Below, piece after piece: positions 11,968 to 22,829 of a stretch of DNA of 64,000 bases; the first letter of the stretch is position 1, and each line of letters begins with the position of its first letter. The DNA comes from Mobula hypostoma (taxonomy: Eukaryota): NCBI RefSeq assembly GCF_963921235.1, contig NC_086097.1:234548001-234612000 (forward strand). The letters run 5' to 3'. The notes under the pieces are model-generated. The model had not been told where the DNA came from and did no database searches. It was given only the letters and a program-made list of their open reading frames with translations. Both the position numbers and the translations under genes were made by a program.

Positions 11968-12907
11968 TGTGTGCACTTTGGAAGGACAAACCAAGGTAGA
12001 ACATACAGGGTAAATGGTAAGGCACTGAGGAGTGAAGTAGAACAGAGGGATATGGGAATACAGATACAAAATTCCCTAAAAGTGGCATCACACATAGATA
12101 GGGTCGTAAAGAGAGCTTTTGGTACATTGGCCTTTATAGATCAAAGTATTGAATATGAGTTGGAATGTTATGTTGAGGTTGTATAAGGCATTGGTGAGGC
12201 CGAATTTGGAGTATTGTGTTCAGTTTTGGTCACCAAATTACAGGAAGGATATAGTCATAGTCATAGTCATAGTCATACGTTATTGATCCCAGGGGGAAAT
12301 TGGTTTTTGTTACAGTTGTACCATAAATAATAAATAGTCATAGAACCATAAATAGTTAAATAGTAATATGTAAATTATGCCAGTAAATTATGAAATAAGT
12401 CCAGGGTATTAATAAGGTTGAAAGAGTGCAGGGAAGGTTTACAAGGATGTTGCCGGGACTTGAGAAACTCAGTTACAGAGAAAGGTTGAATAGGTTAGGA
12501 CTTTATTCCCTGGAGCGTAGAAGAATGAGGGGAGATTTGATAGAGGTATATAAAATTATGATGGGTATAGATAGAGTGAATGCAAGCAGGCTTTTTCCAC
12601 TGAGGCAAGTGGAGAAAAAAACCAGAGGACATAGGTTAAGGGTGAAGGGGGAAAAGTTTAAAGGGAACATTGGGGGGGCTTCTTCACACAGAGAGTGGTG
12701 GGAGTGCAGAATGAGCTGCCAGATGAAGTGGTAAATGTGGGCTCACTTCTAACATATAAGAAAATCTCGGACAGGTACGTGGATGGGAGGTGTATGGAGG
12801 GATATGGTCCAGGTGCAGGTCAGTGGGACTAGGCAATAAAATAGTTCGGCACAGCCAAGAAATGCCAAAAGGCCTGTTTCTGTGCTGTAATGTTCTATGG
12901 TTCTATG
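11968..12907 (+). mobile_element. CR1 3' fragment, same subfamily as 5045-7283, interrupted by a short LINE tail
   Basis: Near-identical to about 6500-7283; ORFs 11959-12186 and 12426-12734; gttctatg tail. Confidence 0.92.
12253..12406 (-). mobile_element. Extreme 3' end of a Rex1/Babar-like LINE inside the CR1
   Basis: (atagtc)n tail plus sequence nearly identical to 56113-56250; CR1 resumes immediately after. Confidence 0.85.
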
Positions 12908-13075
12908 CTCGTATTCTGTGGACTGATGAGAACTGCATGTTCTTGCTGACAATATGAATGCATCATCGATTTGTGTATGACTGTGTTTTGCACCTTGGCT
13001 GTGGAGGAACTCTGTTTCATTTGGCTGTACTCATGGGTATTCATGTGTGGTTGAATGACAATTAAAGTTGAACAT

Positions 13076-13210
13076 AAACATCGATGATAGGAAAATGGAG
13101 GGCTATTTCAGAGACAATGGTACAGATATATCTTAGAGAAGGTTGAAAGGTCGACACACGTGGTGGGCTGAAGAACGTGCACTGTGCTATAATATTATAT
13201 TTCTATGTTC
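13076..13210 (+). mobile_element. Old CR1 3' tail fragment
   Basis: atggagggcta...gtgggctgaag...ctgtgct...ttctatgttc. Confidence 0.6.
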
Positions 13211-13216
13211 CAATTG

Positions 13217-13790
13217 CCAGGTTCCTTAAGGTTGTCATATCTGGGGTGGTGATGGGGACAAGCTCTCACTACTTATTAAATGCTTCCAGTGCCGTGTGCC
13301 TCAAGTAGCGTCTGACAGTTAACTAAGTCCAGCTCCTAGCTTTCATATGTGGCTTAGCTACTAAGCCCGGCAACACCGTTCCTACTGACGGGAGAAGCTA
13401 CACAGGTGGGTTACTGGCGCCTTAAGACCCATTGCTTTGGGAAGATGTGGCTCGTTATCCATGGTTGAAAGCTCATCTAGGAGAAGGAAAACTCTGATCT
13501 CAAATCTCTGCTGCCTTGTGGCTATACCCACTCATGGGGAAGGCTTCGGGTGTAAATTCGGAGGGGAGAGTCCTGATATAGAGACTCTAAGGCAGTCCTG
13601 TGTTGAGGTCAATGCTGACTCACAACTCCTGCAACGCTGCTGGTGCCAAACTGCCTTGGTTTCTGACATTCCTTTGGGTTTGTCAGATGCATGGAGGAAG
13701 GGAGCTTGCTCTCCATATTGTACTGGCCGGGTTTCGCATATCGAGACAGCTAGGATGCAGCATCCAGGGCCGACCCTGGCCAACTGAGGT
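13217..13790 (+). mobile_element. Non-autonomous RTE-related element, second copy of the 1166-1773 family
   Basis: Shared blocks agctcatctaggaga.ggaaaactc.gat.tcaaa.ctc.gctgccttg.ggctatacccactcatg and caactcctgcaa.gctgctgg.gccaaactgc. Confidence 0.7.
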
Positions 13791-14589
13791 TTCTACTTGC
13801 CATGTTCTGGGTTCAGCTTGAAGAAAGTTTCAACAAGAAAATATTTTCTATGATAGTTTACATGAATTCTAGAAGCTCAAGTTACAATAATCTTAAAATA
13901 TATGGTCTGTGCTGCTATCTCTTTTTGATATATCCGTTTTTTCTTTGAATATTTTTATTCATTAGAATTAACAAAAGAGGTCAGTGCCAGTTATATGAAA
14001 AATACAGACGAAGCATTCAATTTGTTATATTTGTTGTGGAAACCAAATGGAGAATAGCTTTAATGGAAGTTAGCTTTTTGTATAAAATCACACTTAGATG
14101 TTGTTTTCCTGTGAGTTGTTCTGCATTTAACTGGATACTACAGATGGCTGTACCAGTGCTTGATCGCTCCACTTCATCATCTCCTTGGAAGTAAAGTCTT
14201 TGTGGGGTTATTGGCCGGATGCAAACTGATTAATTTCTGCTTCTCTGTTGCTGCTTCACTTGTGAGTATGCTTGCAATTAAAGCCGTGAATGAGCACTGG
14301 AATAATAATGGTTATTATTCACGTTGGAAAGGAAAAACATGCACTGATGCTGAAGTAACTAAACAGCATGAAACAATGTTACACATATTTTATCTTACAG
14401 CAGGAGTAATGTCTTACTGAATTAATATTGTTGGGAGACATTTAGATTATGTTCGCACTGATTTGCAATCATACAGTGAAATCCAACAAATACGATATAC
14501 TGAGCTGCCACAGAATTATTTTCTTCTTACCATTCTGCTGCTGTTCTCTGCAGCACTCTGGCTTGTGACTTCAGCCCATCACTGGGCTA

Positions 14590-14770
14590 GCAGCCGCGCA
14601 TTGTCAAGTTCTACATGGCCAGAGGTACTGTCTCTTGGATGACGTGCTGAAATGACACTCTATCCTCCCGCAGAGGGGCTCAGATCCCAGGGCAACGTAC
14701 AAAGAGCAAAGCAGCTTTCTTAATGTTCGCCCCCACCCCTATCATTTCAAAACAGCAAAATGAAAACAGA
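14590..14770 (+). mobile_element. Highly decayed DeuSINE-like (Deu-domain) remnant
   Basis: gaggtactgtctcttggatgacgtg...agatcccagggcaac...aagagca resembles my recollection of the Deu core consensus. Confidence 0.4.
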
Positions 14771-14819
14771 ATGTCCCAGAAAGAGCGCTGCCCCCACAAA
14801 AGCAACATCTGTCATCAGG

Positions 14820-15400
14820 AGTATCAATAAACTTCAAAACCAGGGGCTCAATACATCCTTGTGGAATTGGATCCTCGATTTCCTTACTTGCAGAAGCCAG
14901 TCAGTTTGGATTGGCAACAATATTTCCATCAGCACAGGTGCATCACAAGGCTGTGTGCTCTACTTGCTTTCTACTAATGACTGGGAGGATAAGCATAGCT
15001 CCAATGCCATATTTAAATATGCTGACGATACGACTGGCGTTGGCTGAACCAAAGGTGGTGACGAATTAGCATGGAGGAGGGAGATTGGAAATCTGGCTGA
15101 GCGTGTCACAGCAGCAATCTCTTACTCAATATCAGGAAGACCAAGAAGCTAGTTATTGATTTCAGAAGGAGGTATATGAGCCAGTCCTCATGCAAGGATC
15201 AGAGGTGGAGAGGGTCAGCAATTTTAAATTCGCTCAACACCAGGTTCAGGGACAGTTATTACCACTCAACCATCAGGCTCTTGAACCAAAGGGGATAACT
15301 TCACACAATTTCACTGGCCCTGACACTGGGTGAGTTCCCTCAACCAAAGGACTCACCTTCAAGTTTTTTTTTAATCTCGTGTTTTTGATATATCTACCTT
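14820..15400 (+). mobile_element. Degenerate Rex1/Babar-like RT and 3' UTR fragments
   Basis: [28 protein letters not shown]; caccaggttcagg.acagttattacc.ctcaaccatcaggctcttgaac. Confidence 0.75.
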
Positions 15401-15469
15401 CTAATCTGATATATCTATCTTTTAATTCAATCACCCATTGACGAAGAATACACTGCTGAGACTCGATAC

Positions 15470-16060
15470 AGTATATTTGGAATATCTTGAGCAATTTTGG
15501 GGCCACATATCTAAAAGGATGTGTGGGCCCTAAACAAAGAGGGTCCAGAGCAGTTTGCAAGAATGATCCCAAGCAAGAAAGGCTTAACATATCAGGTGCA
15601 CTTGATGTCTCTGGACCGACCTGATGGCGTAGTGGCATCAGCGCCGGACTTCGGAGCAAAGGCTCCCGAGTTTGAATCCAGCCGGCTCCCTTGCACGCTT
15701 TCCATCCGTGCTGGGTTCAGCGCCGAGCTAGCAACTCGGCCTCGTAAAAATAAGAAAAAGTCTGCTAAAAAAAAACACAATCATGACGGCATCCCGATGA
15801 CCCTACTCGGAGTTAAGGGCTTTCTTCTTCTTCTTCTTTTAATATTGAGATGAGTTGGAATTTCTTCAGCAAGAGGGGTCTGAATCCATAGAATGTGTTG
15901 CCACAGAGGGGTGTAGAGGCTGTGTGTATTTAAGACAGATATTTATAGGTTCTTGATTGGTAAAAGGGTTCAGGATTATGGGGAGAAGATAAGAGAATTA
16001 GGGTTAAAAATATATCAGCCATGATTGAATGGCAAAGCAGACTGAATGGTCTAATTCCAC
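15470..16060 (+). mobile_element. Degenerate CR1 3' fragments flanking a SINE
   Basis: tttggaatatc..gcaattttgggcc..ctaaaaggatgtg, and a CR1-type 3' UTR (cagccatgattgaatggcaaagcagac). Confidence 0.65.
15615..15838 (+). mobile_element. tRNA-derived SINE with (TTC)n tail
   Basis: Pol III A box TGGCGTAGTGG (15625-15635), B-box-like GAGTTTGAATCC (15668-15679), unrelated body, simple-repeat tail. Confidence 0.8.
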
Positions 16061-16444
16061 TACTACATCTGAATGTCAGGTGGTCTGAAGTAAAAAGGAA
16101 AACTGCCAATGCAGGAAATCTGAAAGAGAAACCGAATGAGCTGGAAAGATTCATCAGGTCGAGTAGCATCTTTGGAAAGGAAAACAGCTCACTCTTCTGT
16201 TTTTCTTTCCAAGAATATTCTTTGAATGGCTGGGTACTTTGAACATTTTCCTGTCTAGTTTCGACCAAATTGTTTAAAGCCTTCCTATGGATGGCTGCCT
16301 GACTCATTGACTGTAAGAAGCAGATCGTGTTAGATAGCTTTTGAAATGCATTTTTCATCACAATTTGAGTCTATCCAGATGTGTAAATAGATGTGCTCTT
16401 GCTTAATTATAGCAGCAATGAGTGGAGTATGAAGTTCTCCCTAA

Positions 16445-16810
16445 GGGTTATTCCCCTAATGGAGAATGGCTGTGCATGACTTTGTTTAAAGTGGGGGAGG
16501 CTGATGCACGGGCAACTACCACGTGGTCCTTGACAGACTGGGGTCGGAGTCCCGTCACATAGAATGGAAGACAACTGCGGACCCTTCGCTGCTGTAGCCT
16601 TCCTCCTACTTCACTGCTGTTGTGATGTGTCTTCATCGTTCTCCAGCTCCACCATTAAGGTCTTGGTTGGACTGCTATTCATCTGGAACTTCCCTCTTGA
16701 ACCTGCCACCATGAGTGACCCTATCATGAGCAAACCTCCAGACAGCATCGCCCCCGGGAACTCTTGATCTCACAAGCCTCTTCGTCATGACAAGCTGGTG
16801 ATTGTTAGAG
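16445..16810 (-). mobile_element. Non-autonomous element with an RTE/Expander(Rex3)-like 5' UTR
   Basis: Minus strand reads caccagcttgtcatgacgaagaggcttg...gatgctgtctgg...gatagggtcactcatgg...ccaga, as in RTE 5' ends; no ORF. Confidence 0.55.
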
Positions 16811-16989
16811 TATTATTTTACAGTCTCAGATCACTGACATCTCAGGGAAAGCTCCCTTCCCTTCAATCCACAGTTATTACAATTCAAAAGGCAGGGGGTG
16901 GAAATAACTTACATTTCTTATCAGTTTTCTATTACTTCTGACAAAAGGTGCTTTGATAGGATTAGGAGTTTATGGTTTCTGGCTCAGCT

Positions 16990-17560
16990 GCTTCTATCTG
17001 GCCTTCAAGTTCCCATTATCACTTTATTTAATTAACAGATTCCAGCACTGGTAGTCATAGTGTTTCCACTTAGCACCACCCAACTGCTGTCTTCGCCTTC
17101 ACACCCATATCCCCACCTACTGCCCATCATCCACCATGCAACACCCTGTCTCATTCTCCTTCCCTTTCCTTTTTACACAGCCCTCTTCCCTCTTCGCTCT
17201 CAGCTCCAATGTAAGGTCTCAATCTGATACATCAGGCAATTTCTTTCCCCTTATGATGTTGGGCACGTGGCCAAGTGGTTAAGGCGTTTGTCTAGTTATC
17301 TCAAGGTCATTAGTTCGAGCCTCAGCTGTGGCAACGTGTTTGTGCCCTTGAGCAAGGCACTTAATCACACATTGCTTTGGTCTGTGCAAGGAGTGGCGCC
17401 CCACACAGACTTCCAATCTGCGCCTTGTAAGGCATGAAAATGCCTGACGCAGGCCTCTCATGGTCTGAGTCGACGCTCCCTCCCTCCCTATGATGCTGCT
17501 CAAACTGATTGGTTTCTCCAGCAGTTTGTATTGTCCCAGATAGCAGTCTCCTGTTTTCTC
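16990..17560 (+). mobile_element. Decayed Penelope-type 3' end / terminal repeat split by a SINE
   Basis: Pyrimidine-rich tract, decayed hammerhead-like segment near 17200-17240, then gatgctgc...tttctccagcagtttgt after the SINE. Confidence 0.5.
17259..17488 (+). mobile_element. tRNA-derived SINE with CORE-like middle and RTE-derived 3' tail
   Basis: A box TGGCCAAGTGG, B-box-like AGTTCGAGCC, gtgcccttgagcaaggcacttaa, (TCCC)n tail, TSD TATGATG (17252-17258, 17489-17495). Confidence 0.88.
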
Positions 17561-17953
17561 TTGACATTACCATCCTCCTGATGTGATTGAATAAGCTCAT
17601 ATTCTGCAGTGATATGTCTATTATTTGCTGTGTTTATTTGAATTTTTTGCAACACTGAATCTATGGGTGCAGAAAAAAGAATGTTGCAATGTGCTCAAAT
17701 ATTTAAAAAATATTTTGACTTTTACATGTAGGAGATGTTTGAAAGATGGTGGAGTTTATCTGAACTATATTGAATTTCAGATCGCTGCTGGAAGATATTT
17801 CTGTGTGAAATTTTACAAATATTTTTAACTTTTGAATCATCAGGCAATTGAACCAGAGTGGATTTTTTTGGATCGGGACTACAGAGCGGCGTGGGAGCTG
17901 AATTCTGAAGGAAGGCAGTTTTTTTTCAAACTTCTTCGAGTGCAAGAAGGGCG

Positions 17954-18004
17954 AGACTGCGCAGGCACGTGACATCAACAGGACCACGCGGAGAGTTTAA
18001 AAAG
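17954..18004 (+). promoter_or_regulatory. Putative CR1 internal promoter: E-box block followed by GTTTAAAAAG
   Basis: AGACTGCGCAGGCACGTGAC is identical at 17954-17973 and 43375-43394, and both are followed by gtttaaaaag. Confidence 0.55.
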
Positions 18005-18282
18005 GAGACCACCCTGTATAGCGGGCAGTTGTCGGAGCGGGCAGCGGAGTGAGTGGGAGCAGAGTGTAGGGCTTTGGCTTCAACGGGCTTCGGCGGTAAA
18101 CGGGAAGAGGTGAGAGCGAAGTGCCAACTCTTTTTTTTCTCCCCCCCCCCTTCGTAAATCAGCCCAGACAGACAGGAACAGCAGGGCTCTCACAGGTAAC
18201 GGTTTAAAAAGTTCGTCTGTTTGGCGAGATAAGTGGGTGAGTAGACTTATTTTCCTGTTTCATTCCTGTAGAATTAGATAGC

Positions 18283-19218
18283 ATGCCTGCAGGGTTAGTG
18301 CTTTGTTCCGGGTGCCAGATGTGGGGATCCTGGGAGACCTCCAGCCTCCCTGATGGCCACATCTGCGCCAGGTGTACTGAGTTGCAGCTTCTCAGAGACC
18401 GTGTTAGGGATCTGGAGCTGCAGCTTGATGACCTGCCGCTTATCAGGGAAAGTGAAGAGGTGATAGACAGGAGCTAAAGGGAGGTAGTCATCCCTAGGCT
18501 ACAGGGGTCAGAAAACTGGGTCACTGTCAAGAGAGGGAAGGGAAATGCCCGGATAGTGGAGAGCACACCTGTGGTTGTCCCCCTCAGCAACAATTATCTT
18601 GTTCTGGATGCTGTTGAGGGGGATGACCTAACAGGGGACACCCACGGTGACCGGGTCTCTGGCACTGAGCTTGGCGCTGTTGTGCAGGAGAGAAGGAGGG
18701 AGAAGAGAAATGTGGTAGTCGTAGGGGATTCCATAGTCAGGGGAACGGACAGGAGATTCTGTGAGCCTGATAGAGATACCCGCATGGTGTGTTGCCTCCC
18801 AGGTGCCAGGGTACAGGATGTCTTGGATCGGGTCCAGAATATTCTGAAGGGGGACGGTGAGCAGCCAGTTGTCTTGGTACATGTTGGTACCAATGACATA
18901 GATAGGACAAAGGAGGAGGTCCTGAAGAGAAATTTCCAGGAGTTAGGAAGGAAGCTGAGAAGCAGGACCTCCAGGGTAGTAATCTCGGGATTGCTACCTG
19001 TGCCACGTGCTAGCAAGGGCAAGAATAGTCGGATCAGGAAGATGAATGCATGGCTGAGAGACTGGTGTAGGGGGCAGGGCTTCAGATTCTTGGATAATTG
19101 GGATCTCTTCTGGAGGAAGTATGACCTGTCCAAAGAGAACAGGTTAAACCTGAACACGAAGGGGACCAATATCCTTTCGGGAAAGTTTAATAGAGCTGTT
19201 AGGGAGGGTTTAAACTAA
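18283..19218 (+). pseudogene. CR1 ORF1 (zinc finger/leucine zipper plus SGNH esterase); one in-frame stop at 18475-18477
   Basis: CSGC...CARC, leucine heptads, VVVGDSIVRG, CLPGA, VHVGTND. Confidence 0.9.
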
Positions 19219-19286
19219 TTTGGCAGGGGGATGGGAACCGGACTGACAGAGCGGAGGAAGGGGAAAACAGAAATAAATCTAAGATA

Positions 19287-22205
19287 GTGAGCAGTAAAGA
19301 TGTCAGGAAAGACAGGCGGGTGATGGGGCAAATTTGTAGCCATTGGGATGAGTTGCAGTGCAATAAAGTTGCAGTGAAATCAAAGCGAAAAGTACCAAAT
19401 ACTGGTCTTAAGGTGTTGTACTTAAATGCATGCAGCATAACGAATAACGTGGATGATCTTGTCGTACAGCTACAGATTGGCAGGTATGATATTGTGGCCA
19501 TCACTGAGACCTGGCTAAAGGATGCATGTCTCTGGGAGCTGAATATCCAAGGATACACGGTGTATTGGAAGGATAGGAGGGTAGGCAGAGGGGGTGGCGT
19601 GGCTTTATTGATAAGAAATGATATTAAATCATTAGAAAGAAGTGATTTAGGATCGGGAGGTGCAGAATCTTTATGGGTTGAGCTAAGAAATAGCAGGGGT
19701 AAAAGGACCCTGATGGCAGTTATTTATAGGCCTCCAAACAGCTGCAGGGATGAGGACTACAAATTACAACTGGAAATAGAAAAGGCTTGTCAGAAGGGCA
19801 GTGTTATGATAATTGTGGGGGATTTTAACATGCGAGTGGATTGGGAAAATCAGGTCAGCACTGGATCTCAAGAGAGAGAATTTGTAGAATGTCTGCGAGA
19901 TGGCTTTTTAGAACAGCTTGTTGTTGAGCCCACTAGGGGATCGGCTGTACTGGATTGGGTATTGTGTAATGAACCGGAGATGATTAGAGAGATCGAGGTG
20001 AAGGAACCCTTAGGAGGCAGTGATCATAACATGATTGAGTTCACTGTGAAATTTGAAAAAGAGAAGCCTAAATCTGATGTGTCGGTATTTCAGTGGAGTA
20101 AGGGAAATTACACTGGCGTGAGAGAGGAACTGGCCAAAGTTAACTGGAAAGGGACACTGGCGGGAAAGACGGCAGAGCTGCAGTAGCTGGAGTTTATGCA
20201 AGAAATGAGGAAGGTGTAAGACAGGTATATTCCAAAAAAGAAGAAATTTTCGAGTGGAAAAAAGATGCAACCGTGGTTGACAAGAGAAGTCAAAGCCAAA
20301 GTTAAAGCAAAGGAGAGGGCATGCAAGGAAGCAAAAATTAGTGGGAAGACAGAGGATTGGGAAGTTTTTAAAACCTTACAAAAGGAAACTAAGAAGGTCA
20401 TTAAGAGGGAAAAGATTAACTATGAAAGGAAGCTAGCAAATAATATCAAAGCGGATACTAAAAGCTTTTTCAAGTATATAAAGAGTAAAAGACAGGTGAG
20501 AGTAGATATAGGACCCAATAGAAAATGATGCTGGAGAAATTGTAATGGGAGATAAGGAGATGGCAGAGGAACTGAACAAGTATTTTGCATCAGTCTTCAC
20601 TGAGGAAGACATCAGCAGTATACTGGACACTCAAGGGCGGCAGGGAAGAGAAGTGTGCGCAGTCACAATTACGACAGAGGAAGTACTCAGGAAGCTGAAT
20701 AGTCTAAAGGTAGATAAATCTCCTGGACCAGATGGAATGCACCTGCGTGTTCTGATGGAAGTAGCTGTGGAGATTGCGGAGGCATTAGCGATGATCTTTC
20801 AAAAGTCGATAGATTCTGGCATGGTTCCGGAGGACTGGAAGATTACAAATGTGACTCCGCTATTTAAGAAGGGGGAAAGGAAGCAAAAAGGAAATTATAG
20901 ACCTGTTAGCTTGACATCCGTGGTTGGGAAGTTGTTGGAGTCGATTGTCAAAGATGAAGTTACAGAGTACCTGGAGGCATATGACAAGATAGGCAGAACT
21001 CAGCATGGAATCCTTAAAAGAAAATCCTGCCTGACAAACCTATTACAATTTTTTGAGGAAATTACCAGTAGGCTAGACAAGGGAGATGCAGCGGATGTTG
21101 TATATTTGGATTTTCAGAAGGCCTTTGACAAGGTGCCGCACATGAGGTTACTTAACAAGATAAGAGCCCATGGAATTACGGGAAAGTTACACACGTGGAT
21201 AGGGCATTGGCTGATTGGCAGGAAACAGAGAGTGGGAATAAAGGGATCCTATTCTGGTTGGCTGCCGGTTACCAGTGGTTTTCCACAGGGGTCTGTGTTG
21301 GGGCAGCTTCTTTTTACATTGTACATCAACGATTTGGATTATGGAATAGATGGCTTTGTGTATAAGTTTGCTGACGATACGAAGATAGGTGGAGGGGCTA
21401 GTAGTGCTGAGGAAACGGAAAGTCTGCACAGAGACTTGGATAGATTGGAAGAATGGGCAGAGAAGTGACAAATGAAGTACAATGTTGGAAAGTGTATGGT
21501 TATGCACTTTGGCAGAAAAAATAAACAGGCAGACTATTATTTAAATGGGGAAGGAATTCAAAGTTCTGAGGTGCAACGGGACTTGGGAGTCCTCGTACAG
21601 GATACCCTTAAAGTTAACCTCCAGGTTGAGTCAGTAGTGAAGAAGGCAAATGCAATGTTGGCATTCATTTCTAGAGGAATAGAGTATAGGAGCAGGGATG
21701 TAATGTTGAGGCTCTATAAGGCGCTGGTGAGACCTCACTTGGAGTACTGTGGGCAGTTTTGGTCTCCTTATTTAAGAAAGGATGTGCTGACATTGGAGAG
21801 GGTACAGAGAAGATTCACTAGAATGATTCCGGGAATGAGAGGGTTAACATACGAGGAACGTTTGTCCGCTCTTGGACTGTATTCCTTGGAGTTTAGAAGA
21901 ATGAGGGGAGACCTCATAGAAACATTTCGAATGTTGAAAGGCATGGACAGAGTGGATGTGGCAAAATTGTTTCCATCATGGGGGAGTCTAGTTTGAGAGG
22001 GCATGACTTAAGGATTGAAGGGCGCCCATTTAGAACAGAAGTGCGAAGAAATTTTTTTAGTCAGAGGGTGGTGAATCTATGGAATTTGTTGCCACGGGCA
22101 GCAGTGGAGGCCAAGTCATTAGGTGTATTTAAGGCAGAGATTGATAGGTATCTGAGTAGCCAGGGCATCAAAGGTTATGGTGAGAAGGCGGGGGAGTGGG
22201 ACTAA
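19287..22205 (+). pseudogene. CR1 ORF2 (APE endonuclease plus RT), disrupted
   Basis: YLNA, ITETW, YRPP, GDFN, SDH; RT DFQKAFDKV, PQGSVLG, FADD; stops at 20184 and 21466 plus frameshifts. Confidence 0.92.
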
Positions 22206-22299
22206 ATGGGAGAATGGATCAGTTTATGATAAAATGGTGGAGCAGACTCAATGGGCCGAATAGTGGACTTCTGCTCCCTTGTCTTGTGGTCTTGTGGAT

Positions 22300-22612
22300 A
22301 ACTTCACTCACCTCAACACTGAACTCATTCCACAACCTATGGCCTCACACTCAAAGACTCTACAACTTATGTTTTCGATAGTTTTGCTTATTTAATTATC
22401 ATTATTACTTTCTTTTATTTCATTTTGTATTTGCACAGTTTGTTGTCTTTTGCACATCGCTTGTTTGTCCATCTTTGTTGAATGCTTTCCTTTTCATTGA
22501 TTCAGCTATGTTTCTTTGTATTTGCTGTGAATGCCCACAAGAAAATGACTCTCACGGTATTATATGGTGACATATATGTAGATTGATAATACATTTACTT
22601 TGAACTTTACAA
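22300..22612 (+). mobile_element. Rex1/Babar-like 3' UTR (host of CR1 copy A)
   Basis: Continues catcagg...ttgaaccagagtggat from about 17838; ends gataatacatttactttgaacttt. Confidence 0.7.
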
Positions 22613-22829
22613 CAAACAAGAAGTATTTCTTCTTGTGAAGTGTCTTAAAATGTCTTGAACAGACACCTTCCCAATGCTGTCTGATGTTCAAACATTTTTG
22701 ATTTTACTGCTGAATTGGCTATTCCTCTGAATATATCCCAAGACGAAACTGCCTCAAAAGTACAGCACAAAGCTAAATTTATTACTTAATTATTTTTATT
22801 GTAATTTATAGTAATCTTCTCTACATGCA

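Larger units (their letters stand above)
11560..13075 (+). mobile_element. Degenerate, internally deleted Rex1/Babar-like element split by a CR1
   Basis: LLSNVCLVEDKLDCI resembles the APE N-terminus (about 11915-11965); tail ...gttgaatgacaattaaagttgaac at about 13050-13073. Confidence 0.5.
17864..22293 (+). mobile_element. Full-length CR1 LINE (copy A)
   Basis: TSD GTGGAT (17858-17863, 22294-22299); GC-rich 5' UTR, ORF1, ORF2, tcttgtgg tail; host Rex-like tail is continuous across the insertion. Confidence 0.95.

Noticed and set aside
15620..15690. tRNA genes (also 17261-17330)
   Set aside because: The tRNA-like heads run into SINE bodies and simple-repeat tails, with a TSD in one case; no convincing cloverleaf or terminator
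18556..19218. SGNH/GDSL esterase as a captured or host enzyme
   Set aside because: It is the standard ORF1 domain of vertebrate CR1 and lies within TSD-bounded elements
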